Positions 1 to 8,402 of a stretch of DNA of 59,843 nucleotides are shown here, in pieces. Location: NCBI GenBank assembly GCA_030647415.1, contig JAUSKB010000016.1, forward strand, positions 1-59,843, written 5' to 3'. This stretch comes from a bacterium (lineage in GTDB: Bacteria; Patescibacteriota; Minisyncoccia; UBA6257; GWB1-50-10). Within the stretch, counting starts at the first letter, position 1, and each line of letters opens with the position of its first letter. The position numbers and the translations under genes are program-made. The notes beneath the pieces are model-generated. The model was not told the DNA's origin and ran no database searches. It saw only the letters and a program-made list of their open reading frames with translations.

Positions 1-2
1 CC

Positions 3-134
3 AAAGGTACTGATTTCACTACCATACCAGAGAGGGAGCTCGCGTTTGTCGAGCGCGAGCTGAACACGCGACCCCGGAAACGACTGGGATACAAAACGCC
101 GCTTGAAGCTATGAGTGTTGCACTTCAGGGTTGA
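3..134 (+). mobile_element. IS30-family transposase, C-terminal fragment (5' part outside window)
   Basis: The frame is open from the window edge and reads ...TIPERELAFVERELNTRPRKRLGYKTPLEAMSVALQG*. The LNxRPRKxLGYKTP tail is the conserved C-terminus of IS30 transposases. Confidence 0.7.
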
Positions 135-225
135 ATCTACCTTGACAATACTTGACATTTTTATAGCTATATATTATGATGAAACAAGAATTTACCCGAA
201 TTTTCATTCACAACAGAGGTGGAAA

Positions 226-603
226 ATGGACTATCACAAGTTTTTCTGGGGAATGCTCGTACTCCTCGTTTTCTTCATGGGAAAATATTTCTTCACCCTC
301 AAAGAAAGGGAGAATCTGAGGAATGAGCGGGATTCCGCGAGAGCGCGTTTCACCGTACTCGCCGAAGGGCTGCGTCTAGCAAGTAATTCTACTCCAGAAA
401 CTGGAGTTGAATTGCCGCCAGCAAACGACAGCACGTTCCGGGTACTCCTTCTAAGGGATTGCCCCGGATCCATGACGGACCGGACATACCTTGAAGTAAC
501 AACGGTCCGACTGAAAAATGGATCGTTTGAGGGGCAATTTTGGACCGGTTCTGGATACAGACAAATTGTCGTCCGAAAGGACGACGTGGAAAGATATTTC
601 TGA
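226..603 (+). CDS. hypothetical membrane-anchored protein
   Basis: The ATG at 226 is preceded by agaggtgg. The N-terminus has a hydrophobic helix (FFWGMLVLLVFFMG). A terminator follows at 614-647. The tracked start at 115 lies in AT-rich, non-coding-looking DNA. Confidence 0.5.
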   Translation: MDYHKFFWGMLVLLVFFMGKYFFTLKERENLRNERDSARARFTVLAEGLRLASNSTPETGVELPPANDSTFRVLLLRDCPGSMTDRTYLEVTTVRLKNGSFEGQFWTGSGYRQIVVRKDDVERYF

Positions 604-613
604 AGAAATGCCG

Positions 614-647
614 AGCGAGGGCGCACAACGCCCTCGCTTTTCGTTTT
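614..647 (+). terminator. rho-independent terminator candidate
   Basis: Stem-loop agcgagggcg-cacaa-cgccctcgct, followed by tttcgtttt. Confidence 0.7.
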
Positions 648-666
648 CAGACATAACATTAAAGCG

Positions 667-692
667 AAGCCCCGATATTATTCGGGGCTTTT
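667..692. terminator. bidirectional stem-loop between convergent ORFs
   Basis: Stem-loop aagccccg-atattatt-cggggctt, flanked by A/T runs. It lies between 226..603(+) and 698..889(-). Confidence 0.55.
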
Positions 693-697
693 GATAC

Positions 698-889
698 TCA
701 TCGAAATCCGAGCATCCGCAGACTTTCGCCCGACCGGGCGAGGAAAAGGCAGATAACGAGGAAGACTATGCCTGTGCAGAGCGTGGCAACAACCTTCCAC
801 CTGGGCCAGTATGCAGACTTCGGAATGTCTCTCCGTGCCCACCCGATGCCAAAACAAAGAACTACAAATCCTAAAACTGTCGTAAACAT
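698..889 (-). CDS. small two-helix membrane protein (hypothetical)
   Basis: 63-aa ORF with two hydrophobic segments (FTTVLGFVVLCFGIGW, VATLCTGIVFLVICLFL). A stem-loop lies just downstream. Confidence 0.35.
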   Translation of the reverse strand: MFTTVLGFVVLCFGIGWARRDIPKSAYWPRWKVVATLCTGIVFLVICLFLARSGESLRMLGFR

Positions 890-1030
890 ATTACCTCCTA
901 TGTTGTACTACTTCAGTTCAAGCATATCTGTCGCGCGGCGTCAAGCACACAGGCACCATATGTCGGACATTCGATGTCCGGCTTTTGCCCTCGGGTAGGC
1001 CACACGATTGAGGTCTATGTATGTAATCCG

Positions 1031-1531
1031 CTACAGTCCGCTGCCATTCTTCAGCATCAGCTGAAGCACAAGCCCGATGAGGAGACTCGCCGCATTCGCC
1101 GCGATGACAACACCCGCGACCCAACGCCACCCGACCAGCCGCCGGTTCAGGAAGTAGAGGGTCGAACTTTCAAAAAGAATTGCAAACAGTTCAATGGCTA
1201 CCAGGCTTGCCCAAAAACCGGAGACTGAGAACGCCTCCCAAACCACAAACCAGGCAATGGGAAGCGAAAACACGTTCGCGAGCACATCATGCCATACGAG
1301 ACGGCGCGGAATGTTCCCCCGCTTGCAGAATGCCCTAACGACCATAGCCTCCACGAGCACCGAAATCAGAAAGAGCGGTATCACGATCATAAGAACCCCG
1401 GCCCTGCCATGAATGAGGTAGTTCCATCCGTCGCACTCCTGGTACGGACAGGGAGGATTCGCGCTCGCAAGGAACGGCGTCACGAAGACCAGTAACCCGA
1501 CCACAAACAGCCACAAGGTTGACCGTTTCAC
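1031..1531 (-). CDS. hypothetical polytopic membrane protein
   Basis: 166-aa ORF with a signal-like N-terminus (MKRSTLWLFVVGLLVFVTPFLASA) and three or more further hydrophobic helices. Confidence 0.5.
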   Translation of the reverse strand: MKRSTLWLFVVGLLVFVTPFLASANPPCPYQECDGWNYLIHGRAGVLMIVIPLFLISVLVEAMVVRAFCKRGNIPRRLVWHDVLANVFSLPIAWFVVWEAFSVSGFWASLVAIELFAILFESSTLYFLNRRLVGWRWVAGVVIAANAASLLIGLVLQLMLKNGSGL

Positions 1532-1582
1532 CTCATCAGTATACCACTTGGCGGCGCGCCCTGTATCCGAAATCCAGAAAAC

Positions 1583-2689
1583 CTACATCTCCCCTTCTAG
1601 TTCCTCGAGGAGCCGCTTCGCCTTCGTCGAGAGGTGCTTCGGGGTCCTCACAGAAAGCGAGATGAGGAGGTCCCCGCGATGCTTCGGCGAGCCGAACCGC
1701 GACATCCCCTTCCCCGAGACCCTCACCGGATTCTCCAGCCGATGACCGCCCGGCACCGCGACCTCGAGCATCTCGCCGTCCACGCCCACGATGCGCACCG
1801 GCCGCTCGCGAAGAATGTCTCCCAGTTTCACCTCGACGTTCGTATGCAAATCCTCACCGTGGCGCGCAAAACGACCGTGCGGCGCCACGCGGACCGCAAC
1901 GTAGAGGTCGCCGGACGCCTCGCCGCGCTCGCCCGCCTCGCCCTGACCCACGAGCTTCACCACCTGTCCGTCCTCGATGCCCACAGGAATCGAAACGGTG
2001 ACCTCCCGCATACCGGAAATCCTTCCCGTACCCTTGCAGTGCGTGCAGGGCGCGTTCGGTTTCTCGCCGCTTCCCTCACAATCGGTGCAGGCGACGCGAT
2101 GCGGAATGGAGCCGAATATCGTCCGCACCTCGCGCGCTACCGACCCGGTGCCGTGGCAGACTCCGCACGTGGCAACTCCCCTCGCCTTGTCGTACCCCGC
2201 ACCGCCGCAAGCCATGCAGGAAACGTGCGTCCGGACGCTCGCCTGCCGCCCAACGCCGTGGAACGCCTCCTCGAGCGAGAGCTTCGCCTCGAGCTCGATG
2301 TCCGAACCGCGCGAACGTTTCCGGCGGACCGTGGCGCCACCCGTGAACTGGTCGAAAATGGTCTCGAAGATGTCCCCCATGTCGCCGCCCATGTTCACAT
2401 TCCACCGCGCGCCGCCGGGAAATCCTCCCACGCCGGCAACATCCTCCCAGCGGAATCCTCCAGCTGGCGGACTGCCGCCATCGAACGTTTGTCCAAATTG
2501 GTTATACTGCGCCCGCTTCTCCTTGTTCCCAAGCACCTGGTAGGCCTCGTTCAGCTCTTTGAACTTCGCCTCGTTCCCGCCTGATTTGTCGGGGTGGTGC
2601 TGGTGCGCGAGCTTCCGGAACGCTTTTTTAACCTCCTCGTCGGAGGCGTTTTTATCAATGCCGAGTATCTTGTAGTAGTCTTTGGCCAT
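1583..2689 (-). CDS. dnaJ: molecular chaperone DnaJ
   Basis: J-domain MAKDYYKILGI...HHPDK, a G-rich linker, and four CxxCxGxG repeats (CMACGGAG, CGVCHGTG, CTDCEGSG, CTHCKGTG). Confidence 0.96.
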   Translation of the reverse strand: MAKDYYKILGIDKNASDEEVKKAFRKLAHQHHPDKSGGNEAKFKELNEAYQVLGNKEKRAQYNQFGQTFDGGSPPAGGFRWEDVAGVGGFPGGARWNVNMGGDMGDIFETIFDQFTGGATVRRKRSRGSDIELEAKLSLEEAFHGVGRQASVRTHVSCMACGGAGYDKARGVATCGVCHGTGSVAREVRTIFGSIPHRVACTDCEGSGEKPNAPCTHCKGTGRISGMREVTVSIPVGIEDGQVVKLVGQGEAGERGEASGDLYVAVRVAPHGRFARHGEDLHTNVEVKLGDILRERPVRIVGVDGEMLEVAVPGGHRLENPVRVSGKGMSRFGSPKHRGDLLISLSVRTPKHLSTKAKRLLEELEGEM

Positions 2690-2797
2690 GGGTAGGGATT
2701 AGCCACTAGGGTCGAGCCATTAGGGTAGATGGGGAGGGCTTGATATACCAGGTGCCGAGTGGCTATACCCTAGACCCTAAATCCCAATGGTCATCCC

Positions 2798-3844
2798 CTA
2801 CGGGACGCTCACAAACTCGTGTGAGCGCATCTCGACATTCATCTTCGCAAAACCGGTGAGGAGGAGAAATTTAAATATAAGAAACGCGATGCCCTCCACG
2901 ACCCAGTACGTGAGTGACGCGAAGCTCTTCAGTGTCCCAAAAATAAGGAGCGCACATATAACACCTAAGAGCCACATAGCACTCGTGGGTAGGGTCGCCA
3001 CATACCGCTCAAGCGCCGTTGCGAGCGCATCGCGCATCGGCAGACGCTCGTCGAGCGGACCCGCAAACCGCTCGAACGACTTCTGAATCTGGACCGCGGC
3101 TTCCGCTATAAGCTGCTCCTGCGCCGGGGGCGGCAATGCGAGAAATCCATCCGTGAGCTGCCCAGAGACTTCCCCGGTAATCGTTTTCGGGTACAGATGC
3201 TTAAGCTCTGCCGCCGCCGTGGCGCGGAAAAACTCCGTACCAGTCATCTCGAATGAAACGCCGGGGAACCAGAGCTGGAGCACCGGGTCGGCCGTACTGG
3301 CGGTGGCGCGTACCAGCGTCCCACGGAGCTCCGGCGTAAAGCCGCCCCACACCGTATAGTTCAGATAGACGAGGAGGGAGGCAAAAAGTAGCGCCGCAGT
3401 GGCGAGCCGAGGCAGGACCGTCCGGGCAATCGCGAAGAAGCGGACCCGAACGCTGTTTTTCACCGCTCCCGCCGCGCGAACGAAGGCGCGGAGAACGAGT
3501 GTGGCATACACGATGAACCCAATGACGAGCACCGTGGGAAATTCAGCTCCCGTGAAGCGACTCGCAAACCCGACGACCGGCAAAAGGCACGCCACGAGTG
3601 CCGCCATAGCGAGGACACTCCGGTTCTTTACGAGGAACGGAACGAGGGTACCAATCACCCCAAAACAGACGAGCGCGGCGAGCGCAAGCCACGCGCGGCC
3701 CGCGCTCGGCGCACTCATGAGCGCTTGTGCACGCGTAACGACGAGGAGTCCGCTCGCGGCGAAGAGAATTGCAACCGCGCCTATCTTCCACACGTTCGTG
3801 TCTTCATTCGGGACTCGGGACTCACTGATTATTTGTGGTTCCAT
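2798..3844 (-). CDS. hypothetical polytopic membrane protein embedded in the heat-shock operon
   Basis: 348-aa ORF with many hydrophobic helices. Its ATG overlaps the dnaK stop (TAATG at 3842-3846). Confidence 0.6.
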   Translation of the reverse strand: MEPQIISESRVPNEDTNVWKIGAVAILFAASGLLVVTRAQALMSAPSAGRAWLALAALVCFGVIGTLVPFLVKNRSVLAMAALVACLLPVVGFASRFTGAEFPTVLVIGFIVYATLVLRAFVRAAGAVKNSVRVRFFAIARTVLPRLATAALLFASLLVYLNYTVWGGFTPELRGTLVRATASTADPVLQLWFPGVSFEMTGTEFFRATAAAELKHLYPKTITGEVSGQLTDGFLALPPPAQEQLIAEAAVQIQKSFERFAGPLDERLPMRDALATALERYVATLPTSAMWLLGVICALLIFGTLKSFASLTYWVVEGIAFLIFKFLLLTGFAKMNVEMRSHEFVSVP

Positions 3845-5778
3845 TATGGTTTGGGGTCTGGCGCTCCACCAGCTGGCGGACCCGACGGACTCTGCGTATC
3901 CGTCGGCGGTGTTTCGCCGGCTGGCGGAGCACCGGTCGTCTTCGGTTCTTGATACATCGCGGCGCCAACCTTCTGAAGTTCTCGGGAAAGCTCTTCTGTG
4001 GCAGTCGTGAGCGCTATTCGGTCGGCTCCTTCTTGTGCCTTTTTGACCTTCTCGATAGCGGCCGTCACCGTCGCCTTCGCGTCCACCGGCGCCTTCTCGC
4101 CGGCGTCCCGGAGCGTCTTTTCCGCGAGGTAGACGAGCGATTCAGCCTGGTTCTTCGCCTCGATGGTCGCCCGCTTCTCCGCATCCTCGGCGGCATGCAC
4201 GGTCGCCTCCTGTTTCAGGCGCTCGATCTCCTCCTTCGAGAGCGCGGTCGAAGCTTCGATACGGACCGACTGCGACTTGCCACTCGCCTTATCCTTCGCC
4301 GACACGTTCAAAATGCCGTTTGCGTCGATGTCAAAGGTCACCTCAATTTGCGGGACGCCGCGCGGCGCGGGCGGAATGCCATCCAAAATAAACCGCGCAA
4401 GCGTCTTCACGTCCGCCATGAGCGCCCGCTCCCCCTGGCCGATATGGACCTCCACGGACGTTTGGCTGTCCGCTGCCGTGGAGAAGGTTTGCGTCTTCGA
4501 GGTCGGCACCGTCGTGTTCTTCGAAATCATCGGCGTCGCAACGCCACCGAGGGTCTCGATGGAAAGTGAGAGCGGCGTAACATCCAAGAGGAGAATGTCC
4601 TTCACGTCTCCCTGGAGGATGCCGGCCTGAACGGCCGCCCCGGCGGCCACCACCTCATCCGGGTTGATGCCCTGATGCGGCTCCCTGCCGAAAAGCTGCT
4701 TCACCGCCTCCTGGATCATCGGCATGCGCGTCTGGCCGCCCACCAGCAACACCTCACGGATGTCCGAGAGCGCGAGGCCAGCGCCTTTCGGCGACGCGCC
4801 GGTCACCGCCTCCCGGGTGAGGTCGATGGAGCGCTCAACGAGGTCCCGCACAAGGTCCTCGAGTTTGGCGCGCGTGAGCTTCATTAGGAAGTGTCTGGGT
4901 CCCGAGGCGTCTGAACTGATGTACGGGAGATTCACCTCGGTCTCCATTGCCGTCGAGAGCTCATGCTTTGCGCGCTCCCCCGCCTCCTTGAGGCGCTGGA
5001 GGGCGAGCGGGTCCTTCGAGACGTCGATGCCATCCTGCTTCTTGTACTCGAGGACCAGATACTCGATGATTCGCTTATCGATGTCGTCGCCGCCAAGGTG
5101 CGTGTCGCCGCCCGTCGCTTTGACCTCCACGGTCTGCTCCTTCGTATCCGCATCGTAGCCGATTTCGAGGACCGAGATATCAAAGGTTCCTCCACCGAAG
5201 TCGTAGACGGCCACCTTTTCATTCTTCATCTGGTTCGCGCCGTACGCGAACGCGGCTGCAGTCGGCTCGTTGATGATGCGCCGGACCTTGAATCCTGCGA
5301 TCTCCCCGGCATTCTTCGTCGCCTGCCGCTGACCATCATCGAAGTAAGCGGGAACGGTGATGACCACCTCCTCGATCTTCTCCCCAAGCTTCGCCTCCGC
5401 ATCCGCCTTGAGCTTCTGGAGCACCATGGCCGAGATCTCCTCGGGCGTGTGCCACCGGTCCCCCATCTTTATTTCCACGCCGCCCTGCGAGGACGCGCGG
5501 AGCTCAAATGGCAGCCACGCGCGGTCGTGAGCAACCGCCGCATCGCTGAACTTACGGCCGATGAGCCGCTTCACGGAGAAAATCGTGTTCTTGGGGTTCA
5601 CGACCGCCTGCCGTTTCGCGAGGAGACCGACGAGCCGTTCGCCCGCCTTGCTCTGCGCGACGATTGACGGGGTGGTCCGGTTCCCCTCGCTTGATTCGAG
5701 TATCTTGGGTTCTCCGCCCTCGATGATTGCCATCGCCGAGTTCGTGGTCCCGAGGTCGATTCCGAGTATCTTTGGCAT
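3844..5778 (-). CDS. dnaK: molecular chaperone DnaK (Hsp70)
   Basis: [17 protein letters not shown]..., [10 protein letters not shown], and the full Hsp70 architecture (644 aa). Confidence 0.98.
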   Translation of the reverse strand: MPKILGIDLGTTNSAMAIIEGGEPKILESSEGNRTTPSIVAQSKAGERLVGLLAKRQAVVNPKNTIFSVKRLIGRKFSDAAVAHDRAWLPFELRASSQGGVEIKMGDRWHTPEEISAMVLQKLKADAEAKLGEKIEEVVITVPAYFDDGQRQATKNAGEIAGFKVRRIINEPTAAAFAYGANQMKNEKVAVYDFGGGTFDISVLEIGYDADTKEQTVEVKATGGDTHLGGDDIDKRIIEYLVLEYKKQDGIDVSKDPLALQRLKEAGERAKHELSTAMETEVNLPYISSDASGPRHFLMKLTRAKLEDLVRDLVERSIDLTREAVTGASPKGAGLALSDIREVLLVGGQTRMPMIQEAVKQLFGREPHQGINPDEVVAAGAAVQAGILQGDVKDILLLDVTPLSLSIETLGGVATPMISKNTTVPTSKTQTFSTAADSQTSVEVHIGQGERALMADVKTLARFILDGIPPAPRGVPQIEVTFDIDANGILNVSAKDKASGKSQSVRIEASTALSKEEIERLKQEATVHAAEDAEKRATIEAKNQAESLVYLAEKTLRDAGEKAPVDAKATVTAAIEKVKKAQEGADRIALTTATEELSRELQKVGAAMYQEPKTTGAPPAGETPPTDTQSPSGPPAGGAPDPKP

Positions 5779-5808
5779 AAATGTTTGTTGTTTGTTTGTT
5801 GGTTTGAG

Positions 5809-6435
5809 TTAGTTGTCTGCAGTTCGTTGTGGGTCGTCGGTTGTTTGCTCGCCTCGCCCGCCTCGCCGAGACGTCGAGTCGAGGCTGGGCTGAAGCTCTG
5901 GCGAAGCGGGTTGTCGGTCACCCACCAACATCACCCGCGCGGGCCGGAGCACGTTGCCATGGAAGAGGAACCCAGCGCTCACCTCCTCCGCGACCGTCCC
6001 CGGCGGATCTCCGCCGGTTGGCGGACCCGCGGCCTCGCCGACCGCCTCATGCCGCGCGGGATCGAATGGAGTGCCGGGCGGCACCGTGAGGCGTTCGAGC
6101 CCCCGACGGGCGAGTACCGATTCGAGCTGGGACCGCACGAGCACCATCCCCTGCAATGCCCCCGCGTCATCCTTCACCGCCTGGACCCCGAGGTCAAAGC
6201 TGTCGACGACCGAGAGAAGGTCGCGCACCAGGTCCTCCGTCGAAAACTTCGCGAAGCGCTCGAGTCGCTCCGCCTCCTCCCGCTTGTGGTTTACGAGGTC
6301 GGCTTTTGCGCGCTTCCATCCGTCGAGGTACTCATCGCGCTCGGCGCGACACCGGGTGAGGTCGTCTGGCGTGACAGGCTCGCTACCGCCATTCGTAGCC
6401 GGTTCAGGATTCATATTTTGATCATCAGTAGGCAT
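5809..6435 (-). CDS. grpE: nucleotide exchange factor GrpE with an about 35-aa repeat-derived C-terminal tail
   Basis: GrpE core (...DLVRDLLSVVDSFDL...GNVLRPARVMLVG). It sits between hrcA and dnaK. The tail QPASPELQPSLDSTSRRGGRGEQTTDD... is encoded by repeat A1 plus spacer-like DNA. Confidence 0.9.
   Translation of the reverse strand: MPTDDQNMNPEPATNGGSEPVTPDDLTRCRAERDEYLDGWKRAKADLVNHKREEAERLERFAKFSTEDLVRDLLSVVDSFDLGVQAVKDDAGALQGMVLVRSQLESVLARRGLERLTVPPGTPFDPARHEAVGEAAGPPTGGDPPGTVAEEVSAGFLFHGNVLRPARVMLVGDRQPASPELQPSLDSTSRRGGRGEQTTDDPQRTADN
5848..5910. repeat. GC-rich palindromic element family A, truncated copy A1
   Basis: The core cctcgcccgcctcgccgagacgtcgagtcgaggctgggctg.agc...gcgaagcggg is shared with 16461-16519 and 40232-40290. 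Confidence 0.85.
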
Positions 6436-6521
6436 ATGTAATAGGTAATAAGTAACTGGTAAGAGGCAATTGAAAATTCAGTTTACGATATCGTTTCCTA
6501 TTACTGGTTACCAATTACTAA

Positions 6522-7223
6522 CTACCCTTCCTCTATCGACCGCTCGAGCGCACGGAAGAGCGAGAGGGATTTCCGGTAATCCATGCGTTTCGGCCCCACA
6601 GCGATAAGGAGGAATTCACCGGCGGGACCGGCGAGCCGGTCGGCGACCACCGCGAGGTGCCCGCTCGTCGTGAAGGGACTCTCACCGATGAACACCTGCG
6701 GCCACTCGTCTGTCGTTTCCCACCGGTCCCGGCACGCGGCAATTCGGTCCGGCAGTTCCTCAAAATCCCGGACGACCTCAAGGAGGTCGCGCTTCTCCGG
6801 AAGCTCGAGGTGCGTGAGAAGGCTCCCTAAGCCGCTCTCGTACATCGCGCCATGGTCCGTCTCGTAGCCAATGCCCAGGAGGTCGAGGTAGCCCGCGACC
6901 TCGTCCACAAACGACTGCGGGTTACCGCTCGAGAACTCGCCAAGAAACGCCGCGGCACGGCGCGGCACGGTGTCCGCGTCGCCCCGCGAAACGAGCTCGC
7001 GAACAAAGAACCGGTATGCTTTGTCGGTGGGCAATCGGCCGCCCGACGGGTGCATCTGGCGGAGGTAGCCACTGTCAGCAAGTTCCTGCAGCTCCCAGCG
7101 GATCATGGCCGGCTTGATGCCAAAATCGAACGACTCGTAGAGACGCTCGGATGTCACCGGAAGCCCTTCAGCGATGAATCGCGCAACCGATGAAAAAAGG
7201 ATGTTCCGTGTCCGGTCTGTCAT
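6522..7223 (-). CDS. hrcA: heat-inducible transcription repressor HrcA (short form)
   Basis: Winged-helix N-terminus (ILFSSVARFIAEGLPVTSERL...) and the motif GYLRQMHPSGGRLPTDKAYRFF. First gene of hrcA-grpE-dnaK-dnaJ, with a CIRCE-like site upstream. Confidence 0.8.
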   Translation of the reverse strand: MTDRTRNILFSSVARFIAEGLPVTSERLYESFDFGIKPAMIRWELQELADSGYLRQMHPSGGRLPTDKAYRFFVRELVSRGDADTVPRRAAAFLGEFSSGNPQSFVDEVAGYLDLLGIGYETDHGAMYESGLGSLLTHLELPEKRDLLEVVRDFEELPDRIAACRDRWETTDEWPQVFIGESPFTTSGHLAVVADRLAGPAGEFLLIAVGPKRMDYRKSLSLFRALERSIEEG

Positions 7224-7235
7224 AGCTATTCCTTA

Positions 7236-7269
7236 GGCGAAACCTCTGTGGGTTACCGGAGGTTTCGCC
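7236..7269. repeat. hairpin family B, copy B1 (ggcgaaacctc/gaggtttcgcc)
   Basis: Perfect 11-bp stem ggcgaaacctc...gaggtttcgcc. The same arms recur at 27153, 27400, 50584 and 52892. Confidence 0.85.
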
Positions 7270-7280
7270 TCATGATAAGA

Positions 7281-7307
7281 TTAGCACTCAAGGAAGTCAA
7301 GCGCTAA
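7281..7307. promoter_or_regulatory. CIRCE-like HrcA operator (right arm degenerate)
   Basis: ttagcactc-N9-aagcgctaa compared with the consensus TTAGCACTC-N9-GAGTGCTAA. It lies 58 nt upstream of the hrcA ATG. Confidence 0.7.
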
Positions 7308-7428
7308 TCCCTCACCCTTGGACGATTTCTTTCGGAAAATCTCGTTAAATCTGGGTGCACATTTGGTGGCAATCCTGGCGAAACTGCTGAATTTGTCCTG
7401 TTAGAACCAATCGTCCAAGGGTGAGGGA
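7308..7428. repeat. 121-bp element with perfect 20-bp terminal inverted repeats
   Basis: tccctcacccttggacgatt (7308-7327) and aatcgtccaagggtgaggga (7409-7428). It fills the gap between the pilin-like stop and CIRCE. Confidence 0.85.
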
Positions 7429-7434
7429 CTACGA

Positions 7435-8280
7435 CTACCACGAGGCGGGACAGGTGGCCGTCGAGGTGGTAATCGTTCCGGCATTTGAAACGCCGATGCG
7501 GTAACACGTGCCGTTCGGCGATGTGAGCACGATGCCGGCGGCCGAGGTCGTGACGCCGATATCCCCCGCCGAACGGAGTTTCGCGGTACCCGCGGGGGCC
7601 ACGGTGCCGATACCGACACCGCCGTCCGTGGAAATGGTGCCCGAGAGGAAGAGGTCCTGCCATTTGCGGAGTGCGGTGCCGATGCCGCGGTTCGGCCCGA
7701 TGTCGCTCACCGGAAGCAGATTGGAATCAAACGTCGCCGCAGACACTTTCGCGATGGCGCTTTGCCATGACCGCGCGACCTGGGCACCTTGTTTCCCTGA
7801 AGAGCTGACGAGTGTCATATTAACCTCCACGACCGCGGTGCCACCGGGGTTTTGAAATGGCGTCACGAGGAACTGACCAACGGTCACCCTATCATCCGTG
7901 AGCGCCACCGGCGTCCCGGCCGCCTGACCATCCGGAATCTCCTCCACATATATCGCCGTACCCTCGCTGTTTACATATATCTTCACGCGGTCATTCACGG
8001 TGGCGGTGGACATTCGGAGCACTAAGGTGCTTGTGGGAACGCCCAATATGCTTTCCACGGCGCTCGCCGCGCGGACATAGCGCTGAATCGTGTCCGCGAC
8101 GAAGGTAATCTCCCGGGTGACATCGTTCGCTGATGCCTGCCGGACCTGCGTGCGAGTGACCGTCGTCAAGATGGAAATTAGAAATACCGCAGCCATCGAG
8201 AAGATGGCGATGTAGACCAGGAGCTCGACTAGTGTGAACCCTGTTCGAGTTTTGCAAACATTCTGGTTCTCGTGAAACAT
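7435..8280 (-). CDS. type IV pilin-like protein (prepilin N-terminal cleavage/methylation motif)
   Basis: From the ATG at 8280 the protein reads MFHENQNVCKTRTGFTLVELLVYIAIFSMAAVFLI, the classic G/FTLxE plus hydrophobic helix. The tracked ORF extends to 8367, but that part looks like a repeat arm. Confidence 0.75.
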   Translation of the reverse strand: MFHENQNVCKTRTGFTLVELLVYIAIFSMAAVFLISILTTVTRTQVRQASANDVTREITFVADTIQRYVRAASAVESILGVPTSTLVLRMSTATVNDRVKIYVNSEGTAIYVEEIPDGQAAGTPVALTDDRVTVGQFLVTPFQNPGGTAVVEVNMTLVSSSGKQGAQVARSWQSAIAKVSAATFDSNLLPVSDIGPNRGIGTALRKWQDLFLSGTISTDGGVGIGTVAPAGTAKLRSAGDIGVTTSAAGIVLTSPNGTCYRIGVSNAGTITTSTATCPASW

Positions 8281-8402
8281 CGTTGTATCCGGGACCGCCT
8301 GTGTTCGAGGTTCGGATTGCACGAAAAACTCAAACAGGGTAAACCCAGTGCGCGGATTGAGACTCATGAATACGCTATAATCATACCATACTATTTCGCC
8401 CG

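Noticed and set aside
1634-2584. Long plus-strand ORFs antisense to housekeeping genes. Examples: 1634..2584, 4963..5667, 5785..6441, 16651..17880, 19655..20521, 20521..21882, 38831..40171, 41135..42115, 45749..47035, 48339..50006.
   Set aside because: Each is fully overlapped by a minus-strand gene with an unmistakable conserved product. Their translations are Arg/Pro/Ala-rich and low-complexity, which is typical of shadow ORFs in GC-rich DNA.
2690-2797. The dnaJ-upstream spacer (taggg/cccta words) as another simple spacer-filling hairpin.
   Set aside because: The complementary words are not colinear (order A-B...A'-B' rather than A-B...B'-A'). A single long hairpin is therefore not supported, and the region is only noted as word-type low-complexity DNA.
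5848-5910. Family A segments as a shared protein domain (SRRGGRG / STRRLGEAGEA peptides) in GrpE, PBP2 and the 570-aa protein.
   Set aside because: The same DNA is read in different frames in different hosts and has terminal inverted repeats. Conservation is therefore at the nucleotide level and not the protein level.
8281-8367. N-terminal extension of the pilin-like ORF that gives a second GFTLFE motif.
   Set aside because: The segment coincides with an F4-like repeat arm. The internal ATG at 8280 yields a normal short leader followed by GFTLVELLV. The upstream motif lacks the following hydrophobic helix.
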